A DNA stretch of 64,000 bases from Octopus bimaculoides (GCF_001194135.2 NC_069002.1:32620578-32684577); one strand, 5' to 3'; shown: positions 1-14,161, counted from the stretch's first letter. Numbers and translations are program-made. The notes: generated by a model from the sequence alone, not told the origin.

Positions 1-40
<40 letters not shown>

Positions 41-481
41 CGTACATTCATTCATTGTTTCCTAGGCATAATAAACTAGCACCTCATCAGAACTGTTATC
101 CTGCAATTATCTTCCTTCAGTTCCAACCTCTTGTCACCATATAAACCTCCACTAGATTAAATGTTTACATACATGTGTATTTTTTGTTTTGCAAAATATA
201 TGGCATATTGTAAATACTACTTGCGATATATACAGCATAAACAAAAAACATTTTCTTCAATTACCAAAGCAGTTTGTCTACCTTAAATTATGTGTTATTT
301 TACCGTGTGTGTATCTCTCCTAATTATTTTAATATAGAGCGAATACCAAGAAGTATAATTCAGTTCAACTCCTCCATTTTCTACATTTTTTTTTATTCAT
401 TCACAATTTGTTTATACGAACACATATATAGATAAATTAGATCGCATATCTATATGTATATACACACATATATATGCATAC

Positions 482-512
<31 letters not shown>

Positions 513-1084
513 TATNNNNNNNNNNTATATATATATATATATATACACACACGCACATATATATATATATATATAAAATACATATATCGATATATAGGAC
601 CACGAGTATATATATGTGTATGTGTGAGTGTCTATATATTTGTGTGTGTGTGTGTGCGTGTGTGTATATATGTGTATTTATATATAGAGAGAGAGAGCGA
701 GAGAAAGAAAGGGAGCGAGAGCTTGTTAGCTGCATCCATCTATTCACACTACACAATACAATACACGCCAGAAAAATAACCTTTTGTGACGACAACAACA
801 AATATTGTTCCTGTTGTATGTTACATTAATTGAAACATTTATTACCTTAAACATATTTACTTGAAATTTCTTACTGTTTATGATAAAACCCCAAAAGGAA
901 TGATAGCTGGAGTTTTAACACATGTTGCCCAAAGCGAGAATTCTCTTCACAGCAAAACGCGGCCGAAATGGCGTCTTTCTACTGGCAAAATATGACGCAA
1001 CATATTCGAAGTTATCTAAATAGTCGTCTTATTTCATAACACTGCTTCGCACCAGCATGCGCGCACTCACATACACAGACACGA

Positions 1085-1258
1085 ACCCAAATACGTGTGC
1101 GTCGAGCTTCTCACAGTTTCCGTCTACCAAATTGAATCATAAGGGATTGTTTGACTCGGAGCTATAGTTGATAATATTTTCTCAAGTTCCCATGTGGTGG
1201 TACTGAATTGGATCAGTGGCTGCAAAGTGAATTTCTTAAAGAAGCTATACCTGAGTCT
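1085..1258 (-). mobile_element. Degenerate 5' half of SINE family A
   Basis: Contains AGTTTCCGTCTACCAAAT, the reverse complement of the family-A body motif seen intact at 50075-50100. The head is decayed. Confidence 0.7.
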
Positions 1259-1476
1259 ATATACCTTTTCCGTGTGAGATCAGGAAATATTACTTGGTGA
1301 AATTTCGAAGTTACAGCCAATCATTAAATACATAATAGATATCTATCTCAATTTTCTTTTCTTATTAGTATTGCTAAAAATAACATTTACTACAATAAAT
1401 AGATCACCTTTCTAAACAGATAGAGAGATTCAAAAGATATATACAATACTCGATACGCTTTCTATGCCCCCCCCAA

Positions 1477-1541
<65 letters not shown>

Positions 1542-2464
1542 CATTACTCGCTCCTTGAAATCGGTTCTACTTAAAAGGCCGTCAAATAAATCGAAAGATT
1601 TTTGTAGNNNNNNNNNNNNNNNNNNNNNNNNNNNNNNNNNNNNNNNNNNNNNNNNNNNNNNNNNNNNNNNNNNNNNNNNNNNNNNNNNNNNNNNNNNNNN
1701 NNNNNNNNNNNNNNNNNNNNNNNNNNNNNNNNNNNNNNNNNNNNNNNNNNNNNNNNNNNNNNNNNNNNNNNNNNNNNNNNNNNNNNNNNNNNNNNNNNNN
1801 NNNNNNNNNNNNNNNNNNNNNNNNNNNNNNNNNNNNNNNNNNNNNNNNNNNNNNNNNNNNNNNNNNNNNNNNNNNNNNNNNNNNNNNNNNNNNNNNNNNN
1901 NNNNNNNNNNNNNNNNNNNNNNNNNNNNNNNNNNNNNNNNNNNNNNNNNNNNNNNNNNNNNNNNNNNNNNNNNNNNNNNNNNNNNNNNNNNNNNNNNNNN
2001 NNNNNNNNNNNNNNNNNNNNNNNNNNNNNNNNNNNNNNNNNNNNNNNNNNNNNNNNNNNNNNNNNNNNNNNNNNNNNNNNNNNNNNNNNNNNNNNNNNNN
2101 NNNNNNNNNNNNNNNNNNNNNNNNNNNNNNNNNNNNNNNNNNNNNNNNNNNNNNNNNNNNNNNNNNNNNNNNNNNNNNNNNNNNNNNNNNNNNNNNNNNN
2201 NNNNNNNNNNNNNNNNNNNNNNNNNNNNNNNNNNNNNNNNNNNNNNNNNNNNNNNNNNNNNNNNNNNNNNNNNNNNNNNNNNNNNNNNNNNNNNNATGAA
2301 AAAGACTTGTTTTGCATTATTATGATGTAAAAAATCGATGTAGATTAGTGAGATAATCATTATAAAATACAGAAGTGTAAGTTTTTTCGTTAATGCTTAC
2401 TTAGAAAATAATATTTTCTGCATGATTTCTATACTCTAAGAAAGGAGATTTCTCGTGAATTCCA

Positions 2465-2630
2465 TACGACCAAACACTTCATTTCACGTTGCTCCGGTCC
2501 ACTCAGCTGGCAAAAATGTGTAACGCTGTGATGGACTGGCGTCCCGTCCAACTGGGGAACACATACGCCATAGAAACCGGGAAACCGGGCCCATGAGCCT
2601 GGTTAGGCTTTAAAAGGGCGCATTTATTTT
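2465..2630 (+). mobile_element. 5'-truncated CORE-type SINE (family D core with a third tail type)
   Basis: ACACTTCATTTCACGTTGCTCCGGTCCACTCAGCTGGCAAAAATG matches the central domain of the copies at 41090-41408 and 55400-55714. It is followed by a distinct tail GATGGACTGGCGTCCCGTCC...GAAACCGGG. Confidence 0.75.
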
Positions 2631-3499
2631 TTTATTATCGTCGGTTCTGGCCACGACATGGCGCAAAAGCACAAAGTCAATAGAAAGGCAAGTAGTACTG
2701 ATGCTACTTGTCAAAATGGCATATTCCTGTGCTGCGAGGGCCGAAACGGAACACAAATGCAAGACTTCCAACATGAGTTTGAGCTAGAATTTCAAGCAAA
2801 AGATGAACCAATTAGTATTTAAATATATATTTCTACTGAAAATGCACTAAATTAAGCTACATAAATCTCCTAGAGTCCAAAATTAGTATAGAATCGTCGT
2901 ATTGAGAATGCAGTTCATCCTCTCTCGCTGCTTTAACAATGTTTAGAGAGCGAGACACGAATGAAAAGCTTCCTCCTATTATTTCCAACGGTGTGGTGAA
3001 AAAATACTGGAAAAACTCCTGTTAAATCGGAGAGAATCCAACTTCTGTAGATGCCTTGATCCGACATGGTTTATAACATTTTTTAATAGTCCATTAAAAT
3101 TTTGTCGAAATGGTGTCATATCACAGAATCTCAGGATTAATTTCGTTCTATATCTACTACAAATATGTCCGAATTCAAATCTCTGTAGTATTTACTTTTG
3201 AATTTAGCTGGGTCTGATAACACATAGAGTGGTAGCGCTTACGTTGCGAAATCGACTGTTTCGTACATGCAACAAAATGGACTTAATATAGATATTTAAA
3301 AAATTGGCAAAAATTAATAAAATGCTTCATAGACCACTGGACTCTATTAGGTTGTGTTACTTGAAGATGATTATAATCTCAGTTTTAAAGATACAACTTT
3401 ACAAATATCGCTAATAATTCATTTAGGCCTAATTAGGGTAGATTTCAACCAATTCAATGACCATTCAAATTGTCATAGTTCCTAAAATAATCATTGCAA

Positions 3500-4075
3500 T
3501 TTCACAAATAGGGTCTCAAAATGTATTTTTTTGGATGCTCTAAGAGTAAAGTATAGGATAAGTTACATCAAATTTTCTCAAAAATTTATACTGATACCTA
3601 TTTAAAGGGTATCAATATTAGTGCGAATATCTGCCTCCTAACTAGATGATAGGACTAAATCACTTGTAACCAATAATGAAGAAAATTATATATATTTCAC
3701 ATTTAATGATCACAAAACTCACTTTGAAACCAGCTTCAATAAAGCTTATTAATTCTTCTGAAGCAGTTATAGGAATTATTTGTAAAAATATATTATTCTT
3801 GTTCTCAAAATGAAGATCAGCTCACAGTTACACTTTTGGAATAATACAAATTCAGTAACAGAATGGTTTAATACCTAACTACAATAAAAGAATCGGCGTT
3901 TATTCTAATTTGATATGAAGGATTACTACCCTACAATTACTGACTCTAAATTTACAGCCGCATTTAACCAAACAAAATCAATGATATTGGTCAAAGCCAA
4001 AGTTATTGATATTATCATATATCGAAGAAAATGTTTACTGTACTATGACAACTGTAGATCAGAACAAAAACGCTT
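3500..4075 (+). mobile_element. Decayed Penelope-like element reverse-transcriptase fragment (stops and frameshifts)
   Basis: Manual translation gives LDDR...YFTFNDHKTHFE (3642-3729), a frameshift to KLINSSEAVIGIICKNIL, then LHFWNNTNSVTEWFNT*...F*FDMKDYYPTITD...RKCLLYYDN (3828-4053). This follows the motif order of invertebrate PLE RTs: LDDR / TLKDHK / RLINP / W.NT..VI.WF / FDI..FYPSI / RKSLLF. Confidence 0.75.
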
Positions 4076-4454
4076 ATTGCTTCAAAGTATTACGCTAAGA
4101 CCAGTGATGTTGTTTACTTTAAACACATCGCTTAATAGTAACTCTGAAGGTACCTAGCGAATCGATGGCCTGCAGTTATTAAATAATCACATTACTACTT
4201 TATTCTTAACGGCCCTTCATAATTTTTTCAAAGAATTAGTTTTCTTAATTACTAATGAAGCTTGTGTAATATTGTTTAACTTTGTTCGATGTGTATATCA
4301 CACGGACAATTCTCAATACGCCCCTTGCCTAAAACCTAACACTAAACTTCAATATATGCCCGAAATTTTAATTCACCCCACAAAATGTTTAACGAATTTT
4401 ATAGTAAAATCTATTATTAACATAATTTACGTTTTTTTGTTTGTTTTATGTTTT

Positions 4455-4690
4455 ATTTATTTCAGTTATTACACTGCGGCCATGCTGGTGCACCGGCTTC
4501 AGGAATGAGGAATTTTAGTTGACTGAATCGACCGCAGTTCTTTTTATTTCAATCTAGTACTTTTTATATCGGTCCCATTTCCCGAACCGCTATGTTACAG
4601 AGACGTAAATAAACCATCACCGGTTGTCAAGAAGTGGTGGCGGTGGGAAAATACAGGCACAAAGACACACACACACACTTACGACAGCGT
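4455..4690 (-). mobile_element. 3' half of SINE family A
   Basis: Reverse complement aligns to 50150-50340 (TTGACAACCG, AGCGGTTCGG, AGTACTAG, GCACCAGCATGGCCGCAGT). Confidence 0.8.
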
Positions 4691-4810
4691 ATATATGTAT
4701 GTGTGTGCATATATACATACATACATACATACATATATATATATTGGGTCGTTGATGTCCTCTTTCTAGCATATTGGATGACCGCCTAGTGGTCATCCCT
4801 TCCTATACGC

Positions 4811-4856
<46 letters not shown>

Positions 4857-4860
4857 GACA

Positions 4861-5178
4861 GCCCATAGTTTAGTGGTTAGGAGATTCGACCCACGATTGT
4901 AAAGTCATGAGTTCGATAACCGGTGGCACGTTGTAGGCTTAAACAAGACACTTTTTTTCACATCGTTCCGGTTCACTCACCTGGCGAAATGAGTTGTACT
5001 TGTAATTCAAAGGGGCCAGCCTTGTCACACTCTGGGTTCTGCTGAATCTCCCTGAGAAATACGTGCAGGGCACGTTTGCTTCTGAAGTGCTCGTCTACTT
5101 GCACATCAATTTCTCGAGCAAGTTGTTCTGTTGATCGGATCAACTGGAATACTTGCGGTAACCGATGAGTTGCTACTC
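4861..5178 (+). mobile_element. tRNA-derived SINE: D head and core with C-type 3' half
   Basis: A-box-like TAGTGGTTAG and B-box GAGTTCGAT, then the CORE-like segment, then TGTAATTCAAAGGGGCCAGCCTTGTCACACT...GTTGATCGGATCAACTGGAA, shared with 25055-25240. Confidence 0.85.
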
Positions 5179-5332
5179 AGTATATGTCTACGAAACCCAT
5201 TCGCAAAGATTGGATCGATCCGATGTTTCAGAAGAAGATACCATGTTATGGATAAGCAATCTTCATACCACCTAGCCACTCCCGCACCAAAACATCATGA
5301 TTTTATTTTTAAATGATCCTTTTTCTTGTAAA

Positions 5333-5528
5333 CATAAGACCTGAAATTTGGGGTGAGGGAATTGGTCGATTACATCGACCCCAGTGTTTAAACGGTACTT
5401 ATATCATCGACCCTGATAAAATGAAAAACAAGTCACCATCAGCAGAATTTGAACTCAGAACGTAAAACGGACGAAATGCCGCTAAGTATTTTGTCCGGTG
5501 TGCTAACGATTTTGTCAGCTCGCTACCA
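5333..5528 (-). mobile_element. SINE family B, near full length
   Basis: Reverse complement shows the head AGCGAGCTGACAAAATCGTTAGC, B-box GAGTTCAAATTC and CTGGGGTCGATGTAATCGAC. Aligns to 23838-24067 and 29349-29546. Confidence 0.85.
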
Positions 5529-5875
5529 TTTTATTTTCATAATAATAAAGTTTGCATAAATACATTCACCTACGGATGCGACCCTTTGCTATGGCTGGGT
5601 TGATATTCAGCTTGTTTTGACGACAATATGTTCTGGTGCCGGAAGCAAATACACATACAAGCGCAGATATACACACTGACATATACTCATACACACACAT
5701 GTATGTAAGAATATACGCATAATATACGCAAACAGACACAGTGCAAAAAGTCATTGCCATTTATAAATTGAACGCGTTTCATATAATCTTCATTCCCTCT
5801 ATTCTTAAGCATAAAGATAAATAATACTAACACACATAAACAGAAAGGGAAGGTCAGAAAAAGGGAGAGAGTTAA

Positions 5876-5931
<56 letters not shown>

Positions 5932-6882
5932 TGTGTAAAAAAGAGAGAAAAAGTGACGGAGACAGAGAGAGAGGAAGAAAGAACCCGAGAGAATTAGGAT
6001 GAATGAGAGGAACATTACGTGTGATGCCGAATAAGTCAGCGTCCATTCAACGACGTTAAGTGGGCGGCGCCAGCAGGGCTGTGCCAAAACCGCTCATACT
6101 TATCGAACTATTACGAGGAAATACTCAGCAGAGTAGATGCAACTACACAGAAAATTACAATGTAACCGGTGAATTTTACTATTTAGACGTAGAGGAAAGC
6201 ATAGATTGTAATATGAAAGTCTGTTAAATACTTGTAGCTTGCAGATATCTTAATCTCTTCTTCAAACAATTACTTCGATACCGCAAATATTTCAAGTTTG
6301 GATATTAAAATCGCATATTGTCGATAATCTAACATAAATCTTACAATCCATAATCTATCGAAATTACAACTACAGTATCTCAACCAGAATATTAAACTAA
6401 AACTTTATTAACAAGAACAACAATATCTTTTTTTATTAGATGGAAAGTTTCAGATAAATTTTTTACACAACGATCAAAAATATATTGATCAAAATTATGT
6501 ATATACATAATTTAAATAACAAGTTCTTTCTAAATACGATTTTAACGACATCTATACACATTAAGAAACAAGTACCAGAAAGCCGGTCCAAATAGATTTA
6601 GAATTTCAACACAAAGAACACGTCTTTGAGATTTAAATGGAGGAGTCTCAGAGATGCAAAAGTCTTACCGTGAAAGAAAAGGGATGTATCGGCTGTATAT
6701 GGCTCAGTATTAGTACAGGGTCCAGTATTAACTTCACTCTGAAGGCTTCGCTTTGTAGACATAGGATATTTTGAACAGAAAAAATAAAACCTTGTAAACC
6801 AATGTCATTTTCGAATAGGTAACGATTACGTAAATCATTACAGAGCAGTCCACCATATCTTCTCTTTTTCTTCCCTTTTTTT

Positions 6883-7102
6883 TTTTACTTGTTTCCATCA
6901 TTAGACCGCAGCCAAGCTGGGGCATCGCCTTGAAGATGTTTTAGTCGAATAAATCAACCACAGTACTTTCTTTTTTTCTTTTTTGTTAAACCTGCTACTC
7001 ATTCCAACATCTTCTTTTGCCGAACTGCTAAGTTACGGGGACGTGAGCAGATCAACACCGATCAAGCGTTGGTGGGGGACAGACACAAAGACACATAGAC
7101 GC

Positions 7103-7137
<35 letters not shown>

Positions 7138-7296
7138 CGACGGGTCTTTTTCGGTTTCCGTCTACCAAATTTACTCCCAAGGCTTCGGTCGCCCCCAAGC
7201 CTTTAGTAGAAGATGTTTGGTCAAGGCACCGCGCGGTACGACTGAACCATGTGATTAGAAAACAGGCTTCGTAGCACGCAGCCACGCCTACGCCTA
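6883..7296 (-). mobile_element. SINE family A, full length with internal (CA)n
   Basis: Aligns end to end with the reverse complement of 49945-50354. The head AGGCGTAGGCGTGGCTGCGTG is at the right end. Confidence 0.9.
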
Positions 7297-8173
7297 TCTG
7301 CTGAGATTTGTAAGGAGATAATCTCCTATAAACTCTCAAACCCTCCCCGTTTCTATTTTTCTCTATCTCTCTATGTATGCGCGTGTGTGTATGCGTGTGT
7401 ATTTCTCAAGAGAAAGTGAGGGAGAAAGAGATAGCAGAGGGAGGTATTAGGTAACAACCAATTACTTTTAAAGGATGAGTTAACCACCATAAACAAGTGC
7501 TCAGAAACCGGAACCAATGTAATGGAAACTGTCTATATTTAGGGTAACACATTCGAGACAAAATCCATTGATTTTAAACCCCAATCCTTCACAAAAGAAT
7601 GTTGTTCAAGTAGAAACTTCTAAGCTATAAAGAAATCGTCATTACATATTTTATGGTCGAGAGATTAATCACAATAGCTTAGGGGTTGGTAGGTTGTCGT
7701 CTACGACTAAACATTATTCGAAAATTATAAATTTAGTGCCACCCTGTAAATGATGGCCATGATGTGATTATGTCAGGACAAAAAAAGCCATACACCGCTA
7801 CCTGAAATCGCAAGGCATTTCAACGTAGGATAGCTCCCTCGTATGCGAGACCTCCCTTGACCTCTCTAGTGAGAAATCTGCAGTAGTGAGGATATTTCTT
7901 TGTCAAAAATGGGCACAAATCTCCAACAATCGATACTAAATGATCTACTGTCTGTTTCTGACGAAAAAATAACTATCTGGCAGTTGAGATGTACTTTAGA
8001 AAAAGCAGCGGCAACGAAAGACGGTAGACATTAATATTTATGGTGACAAATGCTTTTATGACATGAATGTAGATCTTTCAATATGTACACCCACGCGCGC
8101 GCGCACACACACACGCACACACACACACACACACACGCACACACACACACAAAGTGTTTATATAATTTCATAC

Positions 8174-8220
<47 letters not shown>

Positions 8221-8382
8221 CATTTCTATATGTATATTAATTGATGCTCACAGATGCGCGCGCACACCACGTGTATGCATTTAGGCGCGAAAATATATGA
8301 TTTTTGAATGATAACGGAGAGAGGAGCCTGTCCACGTATTGCGTGTGAATTTTCTTTTTGCAGTCCGTCTGTGCATTTTCTA

Positions 8383-8413
<31 letters not shown>

Positions 8414-8459
8414 CATCCGTCCGTCCGTCTGTCTGTGCTTGTATATGTCTCTATCTTTC

Positions 8460-8518
<59 letters not shown>

Positions 8519-8625
8519 ATGTATGTGTCTGTGTGTTTGTGTGTATTTTTGTGTATAGAGACACTAAAATGCATATAAGTGTGCCTACGTAAATATTTAC
8601 ATATGCATATATGGATGTAGACACA

Positions 8626-8685
<60 letters not shown>

Positions 8686-9264
8686 TACCAATACACGCAC
8701 GCACACACGCAAACAACTCAGACACACATACGCTCACACTTAGAACAAGAAAAGAAATGAGGTTGGATTGAAAGGGGGCGAAAGAAAAAGAAGAAGCGAA
8801 CGAGATGGAAAGAAGGAGACGGTATATCCGTTAATCAGTGTTGTCGAAAGAAATATGATGATACAATTCGGAAACTAAGAGGAAAAAAAAAAACAGATTT
8901 TTCTATTTACAGATAAACAACTTACTTTTTACGACGACGCCATTTTTTCCGTCATTGCTTCATTCCTTAACCCTCACTCCTTTCTCTCCCGCTCTGTCTG
9001 TCTGTCTCTCCTTACTGTTGATGTCCGCATTCCTCTCTCTACTATTTTATCTCAAATTCTCTGTTGCTATCTTTATTTCTTCCGCTTCTTATTTCTTTGG
9101 CCCGTTTCTCTGTTTCTTTCTCTCTGTGTTTGCTTTTTGTAAACACCCCCTACCTCTGACTCTCCTCTATATCTTGTCTCTACATTTATTTATATGTGCA
9201 TGCATCTCTCTCACTCACTCTCTCTCTCTCTCTCTGTCGATTTATCTTTCTCTCTATTTATTTG

Positions 9265-9334
<70 letters not shown>

Positions 9335-9393
9335 GTATGTCTGTCTATCCATCCATCCGACCGTCTGTCTGTCTGTCTTTGTATACGTGTCTG

Positions 9394-9476
<83 letters not shown>

Positions 9477-9993
9477 GTCTGTCTGTCTGTCTGTCTATCT
9501 GTTTATCTATCAATCAATCAATCTATATAACTATCTATATGTGTGTGTCACTCTCTCTCTATATCTCTACCTCTTTGTATACATATCTCTCCCTCAGTCT
9601 CTACCGATTTGACTAAGTACCTACCAACCTACATAACACACACACATACATACGCACACACACTCACACAAGACACACACACTCTCTATCTCTACATCTC
9701 TACCCTCTCCCGATCACACATATCGATTATCTATAATCAGTCACACCAGATGTCTAACACATACGCCGACAATTATGTTTCCCTCACTCGTTCTACATTT
9801 ACCGTACACACCGCACTCGACATTCTACTCATTCTCCACTAACATGCTGCAAGACAACGCTATCATATTTCGGATAACAGCTCGAACATGCTCCAGTCTA
9901 CACAGATACATGTTTAAGCTGGTTTCCTAGATGTAATATTACTGCTACTGTTTTCAAACATGCTTCAATATTTATGGGAAGCTAACAAATGTA

Positions 9994-10035
<42 letters not shown>

Positions 10036-10249
10036 AGTATGTATGTATGTATGTATAAGTGTGTGTGTGTGTGCGTGTGTGTGTATGTGTAGATAAATAT
10101 ATGTATGTAGGCTTCGTCAAACTTCAATGTTAGAAGCAATGTGATGTTCGTATGTACAGAACAATTTTAGCTTTGGAGGGCAGCGCGATTCATCGATCTT
10201 CTTTTTCATTTACAAAATTATACAGAAGGCAAAAAAAGTGTCACGTACA

Positions 10250-10702
10250 CGGTTTCTGAACCTGCTAGAAATAACAGTCATATCTCTTCGACTGAAAAAC
10301 GAAAAGAACTCCTGGTACTTTATAAAGACACACATTGGAGGCCATTGCATAACGGACAAGACGGGATTTTGAGCCTGCTAGAAATAATTGACTGATCTCT
10401 CCAACTGAATATCCAAAAGCATTCTTGGAACACTATTGAAAGAGGTATTGCCTGGATGTTGGATAATGGACAGGGCGGGTTTTGTACCTGTTAGAAATAA
10501 TGATCAAATCTCTCCAATTGATAAACCAAAATTACTGCTAAAACTTTATGAAAATACATAGTGCAAGATGTTGGATAAGCGACATGGTGGGTTTTTGAAC
10601 ATACTAGAAATAATAGTCATGTCTCTTTAATTGAAAAACCAAAAACACGCTTGATACTTTATAAAAAGGCATATTACAGGTCGTTGGACAATCGACAAAG
10701 TA
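10250..10702 (+). repeat. Diverged tandem array, 4 x 113 bp
   Basis: The anchor CCTGCTAGAAAT and its variants occur at 10261, 10374, 10487 and 10600, exactly 113 bp apart. The rest of each unit also aligns (ATCTCT, ACTTTAT, TTGGATAA). Confidence 0.9.
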
Positions 10703-11469
10703 GAGGAGTCCTAGACAAAAACCTTGAAGGTTATTGCGAGTAAGCGGAAAATCTGTTCCACCAAAACCAGGCTTGGGTGGCAACTAGCAAGTGAGCCGCT
10801 ACTCTGGCGCATCATCGATCAGGCTCGTTGTACTCCTGTACATCGCCTGGTACCTGGCCTGTTGGCCTAAGGAGGCAGTCTTCAAGGAGAACGATAACAA
10901 GTGCTTTACTCACCGTCCAAGGCATTTTATTTAGAGACGACGATGATAACGACTTCGATTTGTCTACGTTATTCAAATAAATACCACTAGCCACATACCT
11001 CTGGCCATACGCTGTTATTCCTCTTAGCTCAGTTGTTTGTTAAATTTATGTGAATTCCGTCCGCCATAAATATTTGCTACTCTTCTTTACGATTTCTTTC
11101 TTTCGCTGCAGAAGATAACGCCCGACGACTATGTTCCAGTTGAAGACGGCAATTGAGCCAGACATCTGTCTCACAGATTGTCCTCTTGTCTCCAGACAGT
11201 AACGTCATCTCTTTCCTAAACACTATGTCAATTTTAGATAAATTCTTCATTCTTGAGTTTGTCGCCGATTCTCAAGTGGAGCTGGACATAACTAGCATTT
11301 GGTAATTGGTAATTGGTAATTGGTATTATATTCGACACACGTGTGGTTCTGCACTTGTCTGTGTTGTTGAAATAAAAGCCTTCGGCAATTCAGACTTGTT
11401 TCGCTTAGCTCTTTTATGCTTAAATTCTCACTATCTCTATTTCTCTCTCTCTCTCACTACCTACCTCTG

Positions 11470-11541
<72 letters not shown>

Positions 11542-11569
11542 AGTCTTTCTATCTGTCTGTCTGTTTGTT

Positions 11570-11608
<39 letters not shown>

Positions 11609-11651
11609 CTATGAACGTATCTATGCATCAATCTGTGTATCTATTTATCAA

Positions 11652-11685
<34 letters not shown>

Positions 11686-13871
11686 NNNNNNNNNNNNNNN
11701 NNNNNNNNNNNNNNNNNNNNNNNNNNNNNNNNNNNNNNNNNNNNNNNNNNNNNNNNNNNNNNNNNNNNNNNNNNNNNNNNNNNNNNNNNNNNNNNNNNNN
11801 NNNNNNNNNNNNNNNNNNNNNNNNNNNNNNNNNNNNNNNNNNNNNNNNNNNNNNNNNNNNNNNNNNNNNNNNNNNNNNNNNNNNNNNNNNNNNNNNNNNN
11901 NNNNNNNNNNNNNNNNNNNNNNNNNNNNNNNNNNNNNNNNNNNNNNNNNNNNNNNNNNNNNNNNNNNNNNNNNNNNNNNNNNNNNNNNNNNNNNNNNNNN
12001 NNNNNNNNNNNNNNNNNNNNNNNNNNNNNNNNNNNNNNNNNNNNNNNNNNNNNNNNNNNNNNNNNNNNNNNNNNNNNNNNNNNNNNNNNNNNNNNNNNNN
12101 NNNNNNNNNNNNNNNNNNNNNNNNNNNNNNNNNNNNNNNNNNNNNNNNNNNNNNNNNNNNNNNNNNNNNNNNNNNNNNNNNNNNNNNNNNNNNNNNNNNN
12201 NNNNNNNNNNNNNNNNNNNNNNNNNNNNNNNNNNNNNNNNNNNNNNNNNNNNNNNNNNNNNNNNNNNNNNNNNNATATATATATATATATATATATATAT
12301 AATCATATGTATATATACATATGTATATATAGTTATATATATGTTTATATTTGTACCTATATACTTACACACACACACATACGCACACAACACACACGCA
12401 CACACACACACGCATGGTAAATCCAGGCAAACAGGAACATATGTATACACACTAACACACACGTTTATATATTTGGATACCTCCTTCTGTTTGACTGTCT
12501 GCGTGTGTTTCTCTTTCTTTCTCTCTCCCCCTCTCTTTCTATATATGTATATATATATGTGTTTGTGTTTGTGTGTTTGTGTGTGTGTTTGTTTGTGTGT
12601 GTGTATGTGCGTACCTGGGTTTGTATGTATATCCTTGCGTGAGTTTGTGATTGTTCGTGTTTGTGTAACATCATATATCTATATATTGTATGTGTATATC
12701 TATTTACGTATATATCGACCTATTTCTCTCTCTCTCTCTATCTCTGTATATATATATATATATATATATNNNNNNNNNNNNNNNNNNNNNNNNNNNNNNN
12801 NNNNNNNNNNNNNNNNNNNNNNNNNNNNNNNNNNNNNNNNNNNNNNNNNNNNNNNNNNNNNNNNNNNNNNNNNNNNNNNNNNNNNNNNNNNNNNNNNNNN
12901 NNNNNNNNNNNNNNNNNNNNNNNNNNNNNNNNNNNNNNNNNNNNNNNNNNNNNNNNNNNNNNNNNNNNNNNNNNNNNNNNNNNNNNNNNNNNNNNNNNNN
13001 NNNNNNNNNNNNNNNNNNNNNNNNNNNNNNNNNNNNNNNNNNNNNNNNNNNNNNNNNNNNNNNNNNNNNNNNNNNNNNNNNNNNNNNNNNNNNNNNNNNN
13101 NNNNNNNNNNNNNNNNNNNNNNNNNNNNNNNNNNNNNNNNNNNNNNNNNNNNNNNNNNNNNNNNNNNACCTTCACACAAACACGCACTCAAGCACATACC
13201 CTTCTCTCTCGTTCGCCAACGACATTCACCAAGATCAAACCAGCCAAAATAAATTGCTCTCGGAAACAAGATTGTCTCATGCTAATTAATTGGCAGAATT
13301 CCCACCATCAGCTCAGTTCGATCTCTCCATAACTCCCACTCCATCTCACTGACTCTTCCACTCCCCCCTCTCTCTCTCTCTCTCTCTCTCTGTCTCTTTC
13401 TCTCTCTCTCTCTCTCTGTCTCTTTCTCTCTCTCTCTGTCTCTTTCTCTCTCCCATCTTACAACTCTCCTTAATCTCCTGTCTCTTATTCTAACAAATAC
13501 ACCCTCACATCGTTCGTCTTCTACCAACGCTCGCTATACCTCTGTCTCTCACTGTCTCTCTTTTTCTCTGTTAATCTCCCTAACGACTAACTCCCACTAC
13601 AACTTCCACTGCCGCCACCGCCACCACCACCACCACCACCACTGCCGCTACGTTCTAACCCAACCCTCCACCAAACAACGAGACACAACAACCACCGTTT
13701 TCTATTCTAATTGCATTATTTCGACAGAACCGTGCCAAACAATTCACTGTTTACAGAAAGAGTTGTCCACCACCAGCGTCACCATGACCACCACCATGAC
13801 CATCACCAGAAACATCGTTACCACCAGGCTAGCCATAAACACTACTGCAACAATGACGATGATGATGGCGA

Positions 13872-13917
<46 letters not shown>

Positions 13918-14121
13918 CGTTCTCCTCCTCCTTCTTCACCTCCTCCTTCTTCACCTCCTCCTTCTTCACCTCCTCCTCCACTCATCATCATCATCATCGG
14001 CATCATCATCATCGTCATCTTCATCCTCATCATCATCATCGGCATCGTCACCGTTGTATCTTTGTATTCAGTATTTCAATGGTAGCGACCATGTATCAGT
14101 AATCCTGGAAAGCACACACAC

Positions 14122-14161
<40 letters not shown>

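Noticed and set aside
45-100. CTGATGA...GAAAC on the minus strand, a possible hammerhead
   Set aside because: Stem II does not close next to the core and stem I does not pair.
5990-6110. GC-box and CpG-rich patches as promoters (also 930-1000 and 60590-60660)
   Set aside because: Short motifs expected by chance, with no associated gene start.
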